58,797 nt of DNA from IMG/VR virus record IMGVR_UViG_3300048837_000207, positions 1-58,797 of that record; one strand, 5' to 3'. This document shows, piece by piece, positions 9,186 to 19,483 of the stretch (positions are counted from its first letter, which is position 1; each line of letters begins with the position of its first letter). The position numbers and the translations under genes are program-made. The notes below the pieces were generated by a model. It saw nothing but the letters and a program-made list of their open reading frames with translations. It was not told the origin of the DNA and did no database searches. Source of the stretch: a virus (Duplodnaviria > Caudoviricetes).

Positions 9186-9380
9186 ATGAAGCAGTCGAAG
9201 GGGTCGAAGCAGATCAAGTGCGTGGACCTGTCCCGTCTGGACGGAGTTCGCGACGTTGCGCTCGGCCACAAGGCGACTGCTGAGCGGGCCGATCGGAACT
9301 ACTCGAAGAGCGACTACGTTCGTCGCCACGAGGAACACTCCGATGTGGCCGCACGCAACAAGCGGTGGGGGCTGGCCTGA
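9186..9380 (+). CDS. hypothetical protein
   Basis: Tightly packed in the head operon, GGAG upstream. Confidence 0.55.
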   Translation: MKQSKGSKQIKCVDLSRLDGVRDVALGHKATAERADRNYSKSDYVRRHEEHSDVAARNKRWGLA

Positions 9381-9610
9381 AGCTCACTCCGCAGCAGATC
9401 GAGGCGCTTGTACGTCTGCGGGCATCCCCGGACTTCAAGCACTACGAGGAGGCCGTCCGGGAATACGAGGGCGAGCTGACTGAGAGGATGGTGAAGTCGC
9501 GCGATCGCGTGATGATCCATCAGGCGCAGGGCGGGATCGAAGCCTGCCGCGCACTCAGAGAGCTTGCAGACTCAGCTCCCGAGACGTTACGCAAGATGAC
9601 CGGCAAGTAG
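9365..9610 (+). CDS. small helical head-module protein (Bbp19-like position)
   Basis: Sits between portal and scaffold, QAQG motif; start may be GTG 9365 or CTG 9377. Confidence 0.6.
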   Translation: MGAGLKLTPQQIEALVRLRASPDFKHYEEAVREYEGELTERMVKSRDRVMIHQAQGGIEACRALRELADSAPETLRKMTGK

Positions 9611-9620
9611 AGGAACACGC

Positions 9621-10664
9621 ATGAGTGCGCTCCCCAAGGCAGTACAGAAGCAGATCGCGGAGGCGAATCGCCTCGCCGAGCAGCTCAACCAGCAGAGGCT
9701 CGACGGACAGGCCCCGCCACCGGATGGAACTCCGGCTCCCGATCAGGGCGCTCCGCCGCCCGCTGCCGCCGACGGCCAGCCTACCCCGGCTGCCGCACCG
9801 GCTCCGGCCCCCGCCCCTGCTGATGGGTGGGAGCAGAAGTACAAGGTTCTGCAGGGGAAGTACAACGCGGAGGTTCCGCGCCTGCAGAGAACGGTGAACG
9901 AGCAGAGTACGGCCATCGGAGAGCTGCGACAGCAGTTGACGGCCACCCAGACGATGCTCGCTTCGCTTGGCCAGAGACAGGGTGCTGCCCCTGCCACCGC
10001 CGCTCCCGCGCCTGCGGGCGGCAAGCTGGTCAAAGACGAAGAGGTTCGCGAGTACGGCGAGGATCTGACCGACTACATTCGGCGCGTGGCGCAGGACGCC
10101 ATCATGCCGAAAGTCTCGGAGCAGATGCAGCCGATGAGGCAGCAGGTCGAGCAGGTTCGCAGCGTGGCCGGTCAGGTCATGCAGCGGTCGGCCCAGACCG
10201 ATCAGGGAAAGATGTTCGCTCTCCTCGACCGTGAAGTCGAAGGGTGGCAGCAGCAGAACGAGGACGGACAGTTCTTGGAGTGGCTGCAGCTTCCCGACAC
10301 CTACTCGGGCGTGAAGCGGATGGACCTCCTGAAGCAGGCGTACGAGCGTTACGACGGACCGCGAGTCGTGGCGTTTTTCAAGGGCTATCGGAACGAACAC
10401 GCAGTCGTCACACCGCCAGCCGCTGCTGCACCTTCGGGCGCACCACAGCGAAAGTTGGAAGAGTTTGTGGCCCCCGGCACCGCAAAGGCCGGGACGACTG
10501 TCACTCAGGACGGAGCCGGAAAGCGGATTTGGACGCAGGCCGAAATCAAGCAGTTCTACGATGACTGTGCTGCCGGTAAGTACCGCTCCCCCACGATGGT
10601 GGAACGGAAAAAGCAGATCGAGCAGGACATCTTCGCAGCATCGCGTGAAGGCCGGGTTCGCTAA
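9621..10664 (+). CDS. capsid scaffolding protein
   Basis: Pro/Ala-rich N-terminus, WEQKYKVLQGKY coiled coil, C-terminal IFAASREGRVR; immediately before the capsid gene. Confidence 0.8.
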   Translation: MSALPKAVQKQIAEANRLAEQLNQQRLDGQAPPPDGTPAPDQGAPPPAAADGQPTPAAAPAPAPAPADGWEQKYKVLQGKYNAEVPRLQRTVNEQSTAIGELRQQLTATQTMLASLGQRQGAAPATAAPAPAGGKLVKDEEVREYGEDLTDYIRRVAQDAIMPKVSEQMQPMRQQVEQVRSVAGQVMQRSAQTDQGKMFALLDREVEGWQQQNEDGQFLEWLQLPDTYSGVKRMDLLKQAYERYDGPRVVAFFKGYRNEHAVVTPPAAAAPSGAPQRKLEEFVAPGTAKAGTTVTQDGAGKRIWTQAEIKQFYDDCAAGKYRSPTMVERKKQIEQDIFAASREGRVR

Positions 10665-10698
10665 CCAGTTCTGATCTCCTTTAGGAGGAGCGACAGTC

Positions 10699-11679
10699 AT
10701 GGCTTACACAATTGGCACGGCATGGAGCGGCAACAACCAGTCTCCGGCCTACACCGGGATCTTCATCCCGACCCTCTGGAGCGGCAAGCTTCTGGAGAAG
10801 TTCTACGCGGCCACCGTCCTCGGTGCGATCGCCAACACGGACTACGAAGGCGAGATTCGCAATCAGGGCGACCTCGTCAAGATCCGTCAGCGTCCGACGA
10901 TCTCGATCGCCGACTACGAGGTCAACATGGACCTCGTCATTCAGCGTCCGTCGAGCAACCTCGTCGAGCTGAGCATCGACAAGGGCAAGTACTTCAACCT
11001 CGCCCTCGACGACGTGATGGAAGTGCAGGCCGACCTCGACCTGCTCAGCATCTGGGCGGAGGACGCCGCCGAGCAGATGAAGATCGCGATCGACACGGAA
11101 GTCCTCGACTACCTGTCCACCGAGACGCTGACGTCTGGGATGTTCGGCAACACTGCCGGTGTCATCTCGGGCGACATCCGTCTGGGCCTCCCCGGCAACC
11201 CGCTGTACCTCGGCAAGGTTGCCGCTGGCACGGGCGCGGGCGACAGCACGTCGAACGACCGCCTGATCACGGACGCGATCGTGGACTTCGGTCAGGTCCT
11301 CGACGAAGCCAACATCCCGGAGACGGGCCGCTGGCTGGTCATCCCGGCGTGGATGGCTGCGATGATCAAGAAGTCCGACCTGAAGGATGCGTCGATTGCC
11401 GGTGACGGTACGTCGATTCTCCGCAACGGTCGCCTCGGCATGATCGACCGCTTCACGCTGTACTACAGCAACCTGCTGCCGACGGCAGACGGCTACAGCT
11501 CCCAGACCTACGTGTACTTCGGCACGAACGCCGCACTGACGTTCGCCGCCCAGTTCACGAAGATGGAGACGCTGCGGTCCGAGCGTTCGTTCTCCAACCT
11601 CGTCCGTGGCCTGCAGGTCTACGGTCGCAAGCTGGTGAACACCGCTGCCTTCGGTCGCGCGGTGGTCGCGAAGGGCTAA
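10699..11679 (+). CDS. major capsid protein
   Basis: AGGAGGAG RBS; FIPTLWSGKLL, NTDYEGEI, GDLVKI, RGLQVYGRK; followed by a terminator. Confidence 0.92.
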   Translation: MAYTIGTAWSGNNQSPAYTGIFIPTLWSGKLLEKFYAATVLGAIANTDYEGEIRNQGDLVKIRQRPTISIADYEVNMDLVIQRPSSNLVELSIDKGKYFNLALDDVMEVQADLDLLSIWAEDAAEQMKIAIDTEVLDYLSTETLTSGMFGNTAGVISGDIRLGLPGNPLYLGKVAAGTGAGDSTSNDRLITDAIVDFGQVLDEANIPETGRWLVIPAWMAAMIKKSDLKDASIAGDGTSILRNGRLGMIDRFTLYYSNLLPTADGYSSQTYVYFGTNAALTFAAQFTKMETLRSERSFSNLVRGLQVYGRKLVNTAAFGRAVVAKG

Positions 11680-11705
11680 CCCCTAGCGACGGTCTGTCAA
11701 GGACC

Positions 11706-11740
11706 ACCCCCGGCGGGGTAAAATCCGCCGGGGGTTTCTT
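11706..11740 (+). terminator. intrinsic terminator after capsid gene
   Basis: ACCCCCGGCGG / CCGCCGGGGGT stem followed by TTCTT. Confidence 0.75.
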
Positions 11741-11752
11741 CAGGGGTTGCTC

Positions 11753-12109
11753 ATGGCCAAGACGTACCAGACTGCACTCGACGAGGCGCGGGAGATCCTT
11801 CAGGACACGGACAGCGACGATTATCGCTACTCCAACACCGTCCTCCTGAACATCCTCAATCGCGCCCTGCAGGAGCTTGGCCGCATCCGTCCGGATGCCT
11901 TCTGGACCACATTCTCGGTGGACGACATCGTCGTCCCCGAAGTCACGACCCTCGACCTCAGTACGACGTTCCCCCTCCCCATGCAGTTCTACCTGCCCGT
12001 GGTGAGCTTCATCGTCGCGTGGGCTGAAGTCCTCGATGACGAGTTCACGCAGGACGGTCGTGCGGGTATGCTGCTGGCACAGTTCAAGCAGCAGGTACTC
12101 TCACTGTGA
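11753..12109 (+). CDS. head-tail adaptor-like protein
   Basis: Position after capsid; AREILQD...RYS...LN...RIRPDAF pattern. Confidence 0.65.
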   Translation: MAKTYQTALDEAREILQDTDSDDYRYSNTVLLNILNRALQELGRIRPDAFWTTFSVDDIVVPEVTTLDLSTTFPLPMQFYLPVVSFIVAWAEVLDDEFTQDGRAGMLLAQFKQQVLSL

Positions 12110-12726
12110 CCGCCGCAACCGCACTCTGGCTGAAGGACATCATCCCCCGCACCCCCGGCATCGTCCGGCAGGTCGCCAAGCGGGAGCTTATCCTCACCGC
12201 CCGCGAGTTCTACCGGGACTCGTATGCGTGGCGTGAGGTCGTCGAGTCCGTGTACTGGGATGACGGGCTGTTCGAGTTCGTCGTCCCGACTCCGTACATC
12301 TATGCGGAAGTCATTCAGGTCACGCAGGTGGAGGTCAACGGCCAGCCGCTGACGCCGAAGGTCGAGCGCCCCCTTGGCGATCGGCAGAACGGCACACCGA
12401 CGAGCTGGTTCCCCACCGGCCCGGACACGATCGAGATCTGGCCGACTCCGGAAATGTACGAGGACACACTGCGGATTCGCGTGGTGCTGATCCCGGATGT
12501 GGAGGCCACGGAGCTTCCAGACCTCGCGGCAGCGAAGCACTACGAGGCGCTGCTCGACGGCGTCCTCGGGCGCATCTACGCGCACCCGGCGAAGCCGTAC
12601 AGCAACCCGCAGCTCGGTGAGTACCATCTGCGGCGGTTCCGTAGCGCCATCGGTGCTGCGGCTGGAGAATTCAAGCAGGGCGGGTTTGCAGGCCAGAACT
12701 GGACCTTCCCGCGCTTCGGAAAGTAG
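12106..12726 (+). CDS. head-tail connector / tail tubular protein A-like
   Basis: GTGA overlap; AREFYRDSYAWRE, PAKPYSNPQL; synteny. Confidence 0.6.
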   Translation: MTAATALWLKDIIPRTPGIVRQVAKRELILTAREFYRDSYAWREVVESVYWDDGLFEFVVPTPYIYAEVIQVTQVEVNGQPLTPKVERPLGDRQNGTPTSWFPTGPDTIEIWPTPEMYEDTLRIRVVLIPDVEATELPDLAAAKHYEALLDGVLGRIYAHPAKPYSNPQLGEYHLRRFRSAIGAAAGEFKQGGFAGQNWTFPRFGK

Positions 12727-12735
12727 GAGTAGCCC

Positions 12736-14181
12736 GTGGCCGCACAGAAGTTCGCCAACAACGCCAGCTCGCTGCTGGCGGCATCCATCGACGACATTGA
12801 GACCAGCATTCAGGTGGATGCGGGGTACGGCGCCCTGTTCCCCAATCCGGGGGAGGGCGAGTACTTCGTCATTGCGCTGGAGAACGGCGCGGGCGACCTC
12901 GAAATCTGCAAGGTGACGGCCAGAGCCACCGACCTCTTCACTGTCGTGCGCGGGTGGGAGGACACCATTCCGCAGGCGTGGACCAACGGCGTCACCCGTA
13001 TCGAGCTGCGCAACACCGCTGGCTCGATGAGTGGTCTCGTCCAGAAGTCCGGCGACACGATGGAGGGCGACCTCCACATGGCTGGGCATTCCATCCATGA
13101 CGCCGTTCTGGAAGGCGAGACGGTCATCGAGGCCGGGGCGATCATCAAGGGCGCGACGATCACCAATGCCGCTGGCGACCTCGGCAACGCGATCACGATC
13201 CCGGACGACGGGCAGTCGCCGCCGCTGGTTGGCGGATCCTCGGTCCTGACCGTATCGTCTTTCGATCCCCAGTCGGTGTTCACCGCTGGCATGATCATGA
13301 TGTTCTACGGCGACGTGGGCGACATCCCGGACGGCTGGGCGCTGTGCGACGGCAACAACGGTCGCCCCGACCTGCGCAACAGGTTCATCGTCGGTGTCGG
13401 TTCCGACTACGTGCTGGGAGATGTCGGCGGCGATGACATCCTGACCGGCCTCGTGACGGCCTCTGGCGGTGCGGCAGGCGCTGCGACTGAGGAACATATC
13501 CTCACGATCGACGAAATTCCTTCGCACTCCCACACGTTCTCCACCCGTGGGTCGAACGCATCCTCGCAGGGCAACTCCCAGCGTGACTTCCCTCGAAGCT
13601 ACGATGAAAGCGATGCCACGACTGTGGAAAGCTGCGAAGTGGAGGCCGTCGGCGGCGGGCTTGGCCACTCGCATGCCATCGACATCGCGGCGCACACCCA
13701 CGATATCGCGGATCAGGACAACCGGCCCCCGTACTACGCGCTGTACTTCATCATCAAGGTCGATCCTTCTGGCGACTACGGTGGCGTCGGTGGGGGCAGC
13801 GGTGGCGATGGGTCGATGTACGACATGTACAACGAGGATGGCTGCACTGCCTACATCGGCGGGCAGGCGACCCTCATGGACGACGTTGCGATCGTCAGCG
13901 GGCTGATCCAGATCAACTGCTGCGCGTCGAACGTGTTCCGCATCCAGCTCTCGGAGAATGCCGAGCTGCTCGCGCCCAACAATCCGATCAGCGGACAGGT
14001 CATCAACATCATCGTCAAGAACTCGGCCAGCTACACGCTGACGTTCCCGTCGGTGTTCAAGTGGGCTGGCGGGTCTGCTCCAACGATCACGACCGGCGCT
14101 GGCGCGAAGGACATCATCTCCTGCCAGTACGACTCGGCGGATGATGTCTGGTACTGCTCCGTTCAGGCGGCGTTCGCATAA
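12736..14181 (+). CDS. tail fibre protein with tail-collar domain
   Basis: FANNASSLLA anchor; GMIMMFYG..IPDGWALCDGNNGRPDLRNRFIVG collar; NRPPYYALYFIIK. Confidence 0.8.
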   Translation: MAAQKFANNASSLLAASIDDIETSIQVDAGYGALFPNPGEGEYFVIALENGAGDLEICKVTARATDLFTVVRGWEDTIPQAWTNGVTRIELRNTAGSMSGLVQKSGDTMEGDLHMAGHSIHDAVLEGETVIEAGAIIKGATITNAAGDLGNAITIPDDGQSPPLVGGSSVLTVSSFDPQSVFTAGMIMMFYGDVGDIPDGWALCDGNNGRPDLRNRFIVGVGSDYVLGDVGGDDILTGLVTASGGAAGAATEEHILTIDEIPSHSHTFSTRGSNASSQGNSQRDFPRSYDESDATTVESCEVEAVGGGLGHSHAIDIAAHTHDIADQDNRPPYYALYFIIKVDPSGDYGGVGGGSGGDGSMYDMYNEDGCTAYIGGQATLMDDVAIVSGLIQINCCASNVFRIQLSENAELLAPNNPISGQVINIIVKNSASYTLTFPSVFKWAGGSAPTITTGAGAKDIISCQYDSADDVWYCSVQAAFA

Positions 14182-14891
14182 TGTTCCCGACTTTTTTCCT
14201 TCCTGCTCCATCGGCGGCGATCGACCCGTCGATGATCATGCTGCTTCTGCATTTCGAAGAGACTTGGACCGACGGAACGTCCACCTACGTCGTCGATAGC
14301 AGTAGCTACGCGGCGGACGTATACATCACCAACGGGAGCCTCACTACCGCGCAACAGAAGTTTGGCAACAAGAGCTGGACCGCAGTGGGGAACTACGCAA
14401 ATGTCCGGCCCAAAAATTACGCCAGCGGCCAGTGGCGAGTCGATAACAGAGACTGGTGCATGGAGGGGTGGTTCAGGCATCCGTCTGGTGATTTCGGTGC
14501 GGGCATGTTCTTCACGATTGGCCATCCGAGTTTCGTTGATCGGATGATCTGCAGCTTCGAGAGCGGGAATAATGTCTACGTCAGGCAGTGGCAGGCCAGT
14601 TCTCCTGCTTGGGTCCTTGCTGGAACTTTCCCTGTCGATACGTGGTTCCACTTTGCTGTCGTGAGGTATTCTGGCAAGGTGAAAATGTACATCAACGGAG
14701 TACTGCAGCAGGAGACTGCGGCGGATGCTTTTGTCTGTGCGCAAGAAAGCCCCCAGCTTGAGATCGTCGGCAACATCGGTAATCTCTGGGACTACCCCTC
14801 TGGGTATATCGACGAAGTACGGATCGTGATGGGGGACGCCGTGTACTACGGCGAATTCGACCCGCCGACTGCAGCGTTCCCGGATCCTTGA
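14181..14891 (+). CDS. LamG/ConA-like domain protein, probable receptor-binding or fibre-tip protein
   Basis: LLLHFE, DWCMEGWF, WFHFAVVR, MYINGV, GYIDEVRI; codon usage differs from neighbours. Confidence 0.8.
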   Translation: MFPTFFLPAPSAAIDPSMIMLLLHFEETWTDGTSTYVVDSSSYAADVYITNGSLTTAQQKFGNKSWTAVGNYANVRPKNYASGQWRVDNRDWCMEGWFRHPSGDFGAGMFFTIGHPSFVDRMICSFESGNNVYVRQWQASSPAWVLAGTFPVDTWFHFAVVRYSGKVKMYINGVLQQETAADAFVCAQESPQLEIVGNIGNLWDYPSGYIDEVRIVMGDAVYYGEFDPPTAAFPDP

Positions 14892-14901
14892 GGGCTGATT
14901 C

Positions 14902-16767
14902 ATGGGGCAGGTCATCAAACTGGAAGCGTTCGGGGGCATGATCCCCCGCATGTCGCCGCGCCTGCTCCCTCCGCAGGCGGCGACCCTCGCCCGCAACACG
15001 AAGCTGCTCAACGGCGAGCTGCGTGGCTACCGTGCGCCCCGCGAGATCGCGGACCTGACCTACGAGCCGTTCACTGTTCGAAGGGCATATCGGATCGAGT
15101 ACAACGACCAGTACTACGGCGCTGGCGAACACTGGCTCGCGTTCGACAGCAAGGAAGTGGACGTGGTCCGCTCCCCGATCGTGAACGACAGGTTCGACCG
15201 ATACTACTGGGCTGGTGACGGGCGCCCGAAGTACAACCCGCTGAGCCGGATCCTGCACGGGCTGGACCCGTACTACCTCGGTGTCCCGGCGCCACTCACT
15301 GCGCCGACCGTAACGCCTCCCGCTGGCACCGATGAGACGCGGACCTACCTCGTCACGTTTGTCTCTGCGTATGGGGAAGAGAGCGGCCCGTCGCCGTACA
15401 AGGTCGCCACCGGCAACTCTGGAACGTGGGCGCTCACGAGCCTGCCCACTTCAGTGGCAGATCCGTCGTTCAGGAACATCACGCACAAGCGGATCTACCG
15501 CACAGTCGTGGGGAACAACTCCGCGCTGTACTACCGCGTGGCGACGATCGCTCTGAGCGACACAGCCTACGACGACACGTCGAACGACGACGAGGTCGTC
15601 CTCAACGAAGTGCTGGAATCGACGACGTGGGCCGAGCCGCCGGACGATCTGGAAGGCTGGGTGCTGATGCCCAACGGCTACCTCGTGGGCTGGGTCGGGC
15701 GTCGGCTGTGCTTCAGTGAGCCGTACCGCCCGTGGGCGTGGCCCGCCGAGTACGAGCTGTCCACCGAGTTCGAGATCGTCGGCCTCTGCGTGTGGGGTTC
15801 CACACTCATCATCGGAACGAAGAGCCAGCCCTACCTTGGGCAGGGCGTGACTCCGGCGTCGTTCACGATGCAGAAGATGGACGCCGTCGAGCCGTGCCTG
15901 TCCCGCAAGGGCATGGTGGCCACGGTCGCAGGGGCCTACTACCCGTCGATCAACGGCCTCGCGCTGATCAACTCGTCGGGGGTGCAGATCGTCACGAAGG
16001 ACATCCTCACGAAGGAGGAGTGGGCGCAGTACAACCCGGCGAACATCTTCGCGGCCTCACTCGGCCTGCAGTACCTCGCGTTCAATTCGACCAGTTTCGG
16101 GTTCCTGTTCAACCCGACGGAACCCAACACGAAGCTGGTCGAGCTGGACAGGTTCCAGCAGGTGAACGGGCTGGAGACGGACCGTTACACCGGCAACATC
16201 AACCTGATCATCTCCGACCGGGTCTACGACTGGGACCCGGAGGATGTCGAGCGCCTGTGGTGGCGCTGGCGGTCGAAGGAGTTCCACCTGCCCAAGCAGG
16301 TGAACTTCGGCGCCGTGCGGATCAAGTTCGACACCAGCGACTACTCCATCGGGGCGGACATCACCGAGACTTACGGTGGGTGGAACGATGACAGGTTTGC
16401 CGATGGCCCGCTGAACGTCCTCGGTGGCCATGCGCTCAACGATGTCGAGCTGGAGTACGACGATCCGGGCATGACGGATGAGATCGTCTACGACCCGCTG
16501 ATCCCGCAGTGGCGCACGCCGCTCGGCGGCGGACCCATGTACCCACTCACGTCGATGAGCGTCTCCGTTGGCGCCGTGCGGTTCATCGCGTACATCGTCC
16601 GTGGCAGCGCACGTGTCAAGAAGTTCGACAAGGTGTTCTTCGGCGAGAACACCATCCGGCTGCCGACTGGGTTCAAGCATGACGTGTGGCAGTTCGAGAT
16701 CATGTCGAACACCAACGTCTACTCGATCCAGATCGCTGAGACTGGCAAGGACCTCGAAAAGGCATGA
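14902..16767 (+). CDS. tail tubular protein B / nozzle-like protein
   Basis: 621 aa, beta-rich; FGGMIPR, LCFSEPYRPWAWP, WRWRSKEF; synteny. Confidence 0.7.
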   Translation: MGQVIKLEAFGGMIPRMSPRLLPPQAATLARNTKLLNGELRGYRAPREIADLTYEPFTVRRAYRIEYNDQYYGAGEHWLAFDSKEVDVVRSPIVNDRFDRYYWAGDGRPKYNPLSRILHGLDPYYLGVPAPLTAPTVTPPAGTDETRTYLVTFVSAYGEESGPSPYKVATGNSGTWALTSLPTSVADPSFRNITHKRIYRTVVGNNSALYYRVATIALSDTAYDDTSNDDEVVLNEVLESTTWAEPPDDLEGWVLMPNGYLVGWVGRRLCFSEPYRPWAWPAEYELSTEFEIVGLCVWGSTLIIGTKSQPYLGQGVTPASFTMQKMDAVEPCLSRKGMVATVAGAYYPSINGLALINSSGVQIVTKDILTKEEWAQYNPANIFAASLGLQYLAFNSTSFGFLFNPTEPNTKLVELDRFQQVNGLETDRYTGNINLIISDRVYDWDPEDVERLWWRWRSKEFHLPKQVNFGAVRIKFDTSDYSIGADITETYGGWNDDRFADGPLNVLGGHALNDVELEYDDPGMTDEIVYDPLIPQWRTPLGGGPMYPLTSMSVSVGAVRFIAYIVRGSARVKKFDKVFFGENTIRLPTGFKHDVWQFEIMSNTNVYSIQIAETGKDLEKA

Positions 16768-18407
16768 CGACGTTCAAGGCCAACCGCAAGTTCCCGAATC
16801 CGATTACGGTGACGGATGACCCGAAGTCGCACACGCTTGCACTTCAGCAGGTCATTGAAGCCCTGAATATTGGGCAGCGCCGGACGAAGGAGGTCCAGAG
16901 CAGTTACGTCCGCGTCCATGAATTGGTGGACGTGGGGCTGATCGAAGTCGTCGGGAACCAGCTCAAGCTCACGAACCTTGGGCAGGCTGTCGCCGCTGGC
17001 GGGGCAACCACGCTGGCGGCGCTCACCGATGTAGATCTGACTGGCCTCGCCGACGGTGATGTGCTGGTCTGGAACTCCGGTACGTCAAGGTGGGAACCCG
17101 GCACTGCATCGGGGGCCTCTGCACTGGCCGACCTCACCGACGTGGACCTGACCGGCCTTGCCGATGGGGACACGCTGATCTACGACTCCGGTACGTTGAC
17201 GTGGACTCCCGCCACGCCCAGTGGCGGCGGTGCGAGCGCAACGCTGGAGGACGAGATCCTCGCAGACTCCCCTAGCGGGTACTGGAAGTGCGAGTACAAC
17301 ACGGTCGGTGGCGGCACGCTCCTTGATTCCAGCGGGAACGGATACGACTCGACTTCTGGGAACATGTCTTCAGCGAACTTCGACACGCCGCTCGTCCCGT
17401 CCACTCCGAACACGCTTTACCTGCGCGTGCCGACTGGGTCGGGGTACTATGAACTTCCGTCCACCCCCTTCGGTACTGCGCCGCTCACGGGGGACTGGAC
17501 GATGGAGTGTGTCGTTGTCCCTTGCGTCATCGGGGCGAACTCCGTTCGAATCCTCACCTTCTCCGGGATTGGCGAGACCGAAGCGGCCAACTACCAGTTC
17601 TATCTCAACCTCTCCACCTCGGGCGAGCTTTCTATGTTCTGGGAGTATGGGGCGGGGGCGAACCTCAACGTCCCTTCCAGCATCCTGCTGGAAGAAGGTA
17701 CGCGATACCACGTCGCCATGATCAAAGACGGCACGGCAGACACGATCGCGTTCTATATCAACGGCGTGCTTGTCGCGACGGTCGCGTATTCGTTCGAGCC
17801 TTCCGGCGGCGGGTCTGCCTTTGTCAGGGTCGGATCCGACGGCACCGGCACGACCAACGGGTTTATCGTCGGGCACATTGCGTTCTACAACGGTGTGAAG
17901 CTCGACTCCACGCGCATCATGGCGCACTACGCTGCCATCAATGGTGGCGGCACGACTCTGATGACCTACGCCCTCGACGACCTGACCGATGTGGACGCTG
18001 CGGCTCCGTCGGACGGCGACGTGCTGACGTGGGACACCGGCACCATGACGTGGAGGCCGGAGGCTCCCGCAGTCGAGATCCAGTCGTACTTTGCCGGTCG
18101 GCCTGCGGACTCGCAGGTGATGCTGTACTGGCATGCCACCAAGCTGCTGATCATCCCCGGCGACTTCGCTGGTGCGTACGGCTACTGCCGGGTGAATCCG
18201 ACGGCGACGGTCACTCTCAACGTGGCAATCAATGGGTCGAATTTCGGCACCATCAGCATCTCGACTGGCGGGGTGTTTACGTTTGCTACGACCTCCGGCG
18301 CGCAGCAGGGGTTCTCCCCCGGCGATCGTCTTTCGATCACCAATCAGGCGACCAGCGACCTCACCGCCGCTGACATCGGAGTGACGTTGGTCGGCGTGCT
18401 GGCGTAG
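16764..18407 (+). CDS. tail fibre/spike with LamG domain and repeats
   Basis: Three L..LTDVD....DGD.L.W/Y repeats flanking a LamG domain (ILADSPSGYW, YHVAMI, FYINGV). Confidence 0.75.
   Translation: MTTFKANRKFPNPITVTDDPKSHTLALQQVIEALNIGQRRTKEVQSSYVRVHELVDVGLIEVVGNQLKLTNLGQAVAAGGATTLAALTDVDLTGLADGDVLVWNSGTSRWEPGTASGASALADLTDVDLTGLADGDTLIYDSGTLTWTPATPSGGGASATLEDEILADSPSGYWKCEYNTVGGGTLLDSSGNGYDSTSGNMSSANFDTPLVPSTPNTLYLRVPTGSGYYELPSTPFGTAPLTGDWTMECVVVPCVIGANSVRILTFSGIGETEAANYQFYLNLSTSGELSMFWEYGAGANLNVPSSILLEEGTRYHVAMIKDGTADTIAFYINGVLVATVAYSFEPSGGGSAFVRVGSDGTGTTNGFIVGHIAFYNGVKLDSTRIMAHYAAINGGGTTLMTYALDDLTDVDAAAPSDGDVLTWDTGTMTWRPEAPAVEIQSYFAGRPADSQVMLYWHATKLLIIPGDFAGAYGYCRVNPTATVTLNVAINGSNFGTISISTGGVFTFATTSGAQQGFSPGDRLSITNQATSDLTAADIGVTLVGVLA
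17011..17215 (+). repeat. tandem ~110-bp coding repeat in fibre gene (third copy near 17971-18060)
   Basis: LAALTDVDLTGLADGDVLVW / LADLTDVDLTGLADGDTLIY. Confidence 0.75.
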
Positions 18408-18472
18408 GGCATCGCTCGGTACACTCGGAACTTCTCTGTCCCCAACTGCATGTTCCCTGAGCGAGGTCCGTA

Positions 18473-19030
18473 ATGGACACCTTCGACAAAGCCCTGAAGC
18501 ACACCCTCGGCATCGAAGGTGGGTACAGTAACCACCCGGCAGACTCGGGTGGCCGGACTCGCTACGGCATCACGGAGGCCAAGGCGCGGGCATTCGGCTA
18601 CACCGGCCCCATGACCCAGCTTCCCATTGATCTGGCGAAACAGATCTACCGGGAGGACTTCTGGGACATCATCCGGCTGGATCAGGTGGCTGAGTTGAGC
18701 GAGGAGGTCGCGCTGGAGATGTTCGACACCAGCGTGAACTGCGGCCCCGGAGTCCCGGTCAAGTTCCTCCAGCGTCTCCTGAACGCCTTCAACCGGCAGC
18801 AGACCGACTACGCGGACATCGCCGTGGACGGAATGATGGGCCGGAATACCCTTGCTGCGCTGCGTGCGTTCCTCTCCCGCCGTGGTAAACTGGGGTCGCA
18901 GGTGCTGGTTGAGGCACTGAATTCCCTTCAGGGGGCGTTCTACACCGATCTGGCAGAACGGCGTCCGAAAGACGAAGCATTCATGTTCGGTTGGTTCGCC
19001 AACCGTGTTCTGAAGAGGGCCGACACATGA
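18473..19030 (+). CDS. endolysin, glycoside hydrolase family 108 with peptidoglycan-binding domain
   Basis: EGGYSNHPADSGGRTRYGIT, FDTSVNCG, VDGMMGRNTL, FMFGWFANRV. Confidence 0.92.
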   Translation: MDTFDKALKHTLGIEGGYSNHPADSGGRTRYGITEAKARAFGYTGPMTQLPIDLAKQIYREDFWDIIRLDQVAELSEEVALEMFDTSVNCGPGVPVKFLQRLLNAFNRQQTDYADIAVDGMMGRNTLAALRAFLSRRGKLGSQVLVEALNSLQGAFYTDLAERRPKDEAFMFGWFANRVLKRADT

Positions 19031-19452
19031 CGCCGCTCGACTGGATCAAGGCGCTACTCGGTAAGGGGCTCGTCGAGCCCGTAGCCGACTACTACAAGCG
19101 CAAGCAGGAACTCAAGCAGGCCAAGTTCGAAGCCCAGTTGAAGTTCGAACAGGCCAAGGGCGACCGGCAGGCACAACTCATCCGCGAGGGACTTGCCGCC
19201 GACGCGAACTGGGAGATGGAGTTCGCACGCCAAGCCGCTGCAAGCTGGAAGGATGAGTACACGTTGCTCGTCGTCAGCATCCCGGCAGTCCTCGCGTTCA
19301 TGCGAACGAAATGGCTCGATGGTCCGCAGATCGTTGCGGACGGCTTTGCGGCACTCGCCGCGACCCCTACTTGGTATCAAATCCTGCTCTGTAGCATGTT
19401 CGGTGCGACGGTGGGTATCCGCTGGTGGCGTCGGACCCAGAGCGACACATGA
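19027..19452 (+). CDS. holin-like membrane protein
   Basis: ATGA overlap with endolysin; SWKDEY followed by two hydrophobic segments. Confidence 0.65.
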   Translation: MTPLDWIKALLGKGLVEPVADYYKRKQELKQAKFEAQLKFEQAKGDRQAQLIREGLAADANWEMEFARQAAASWKDEYTLLVVSIPAVLAFMRTKWLDGPQIVADGFAALAATPTWYQILLCSMFGATVGIRWWRRTQSDT

Positions 19453-19483
19453 GCGGGGAAGAGATGGATGGGAAGGTGTAATC

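Noticed and set aside
12736-18407. Diversity-generating retroelement or invertible tail-fibre system
   Set aside because: No reverse transcriptase, invertase or adenine-variable template/variable repeat pair seen
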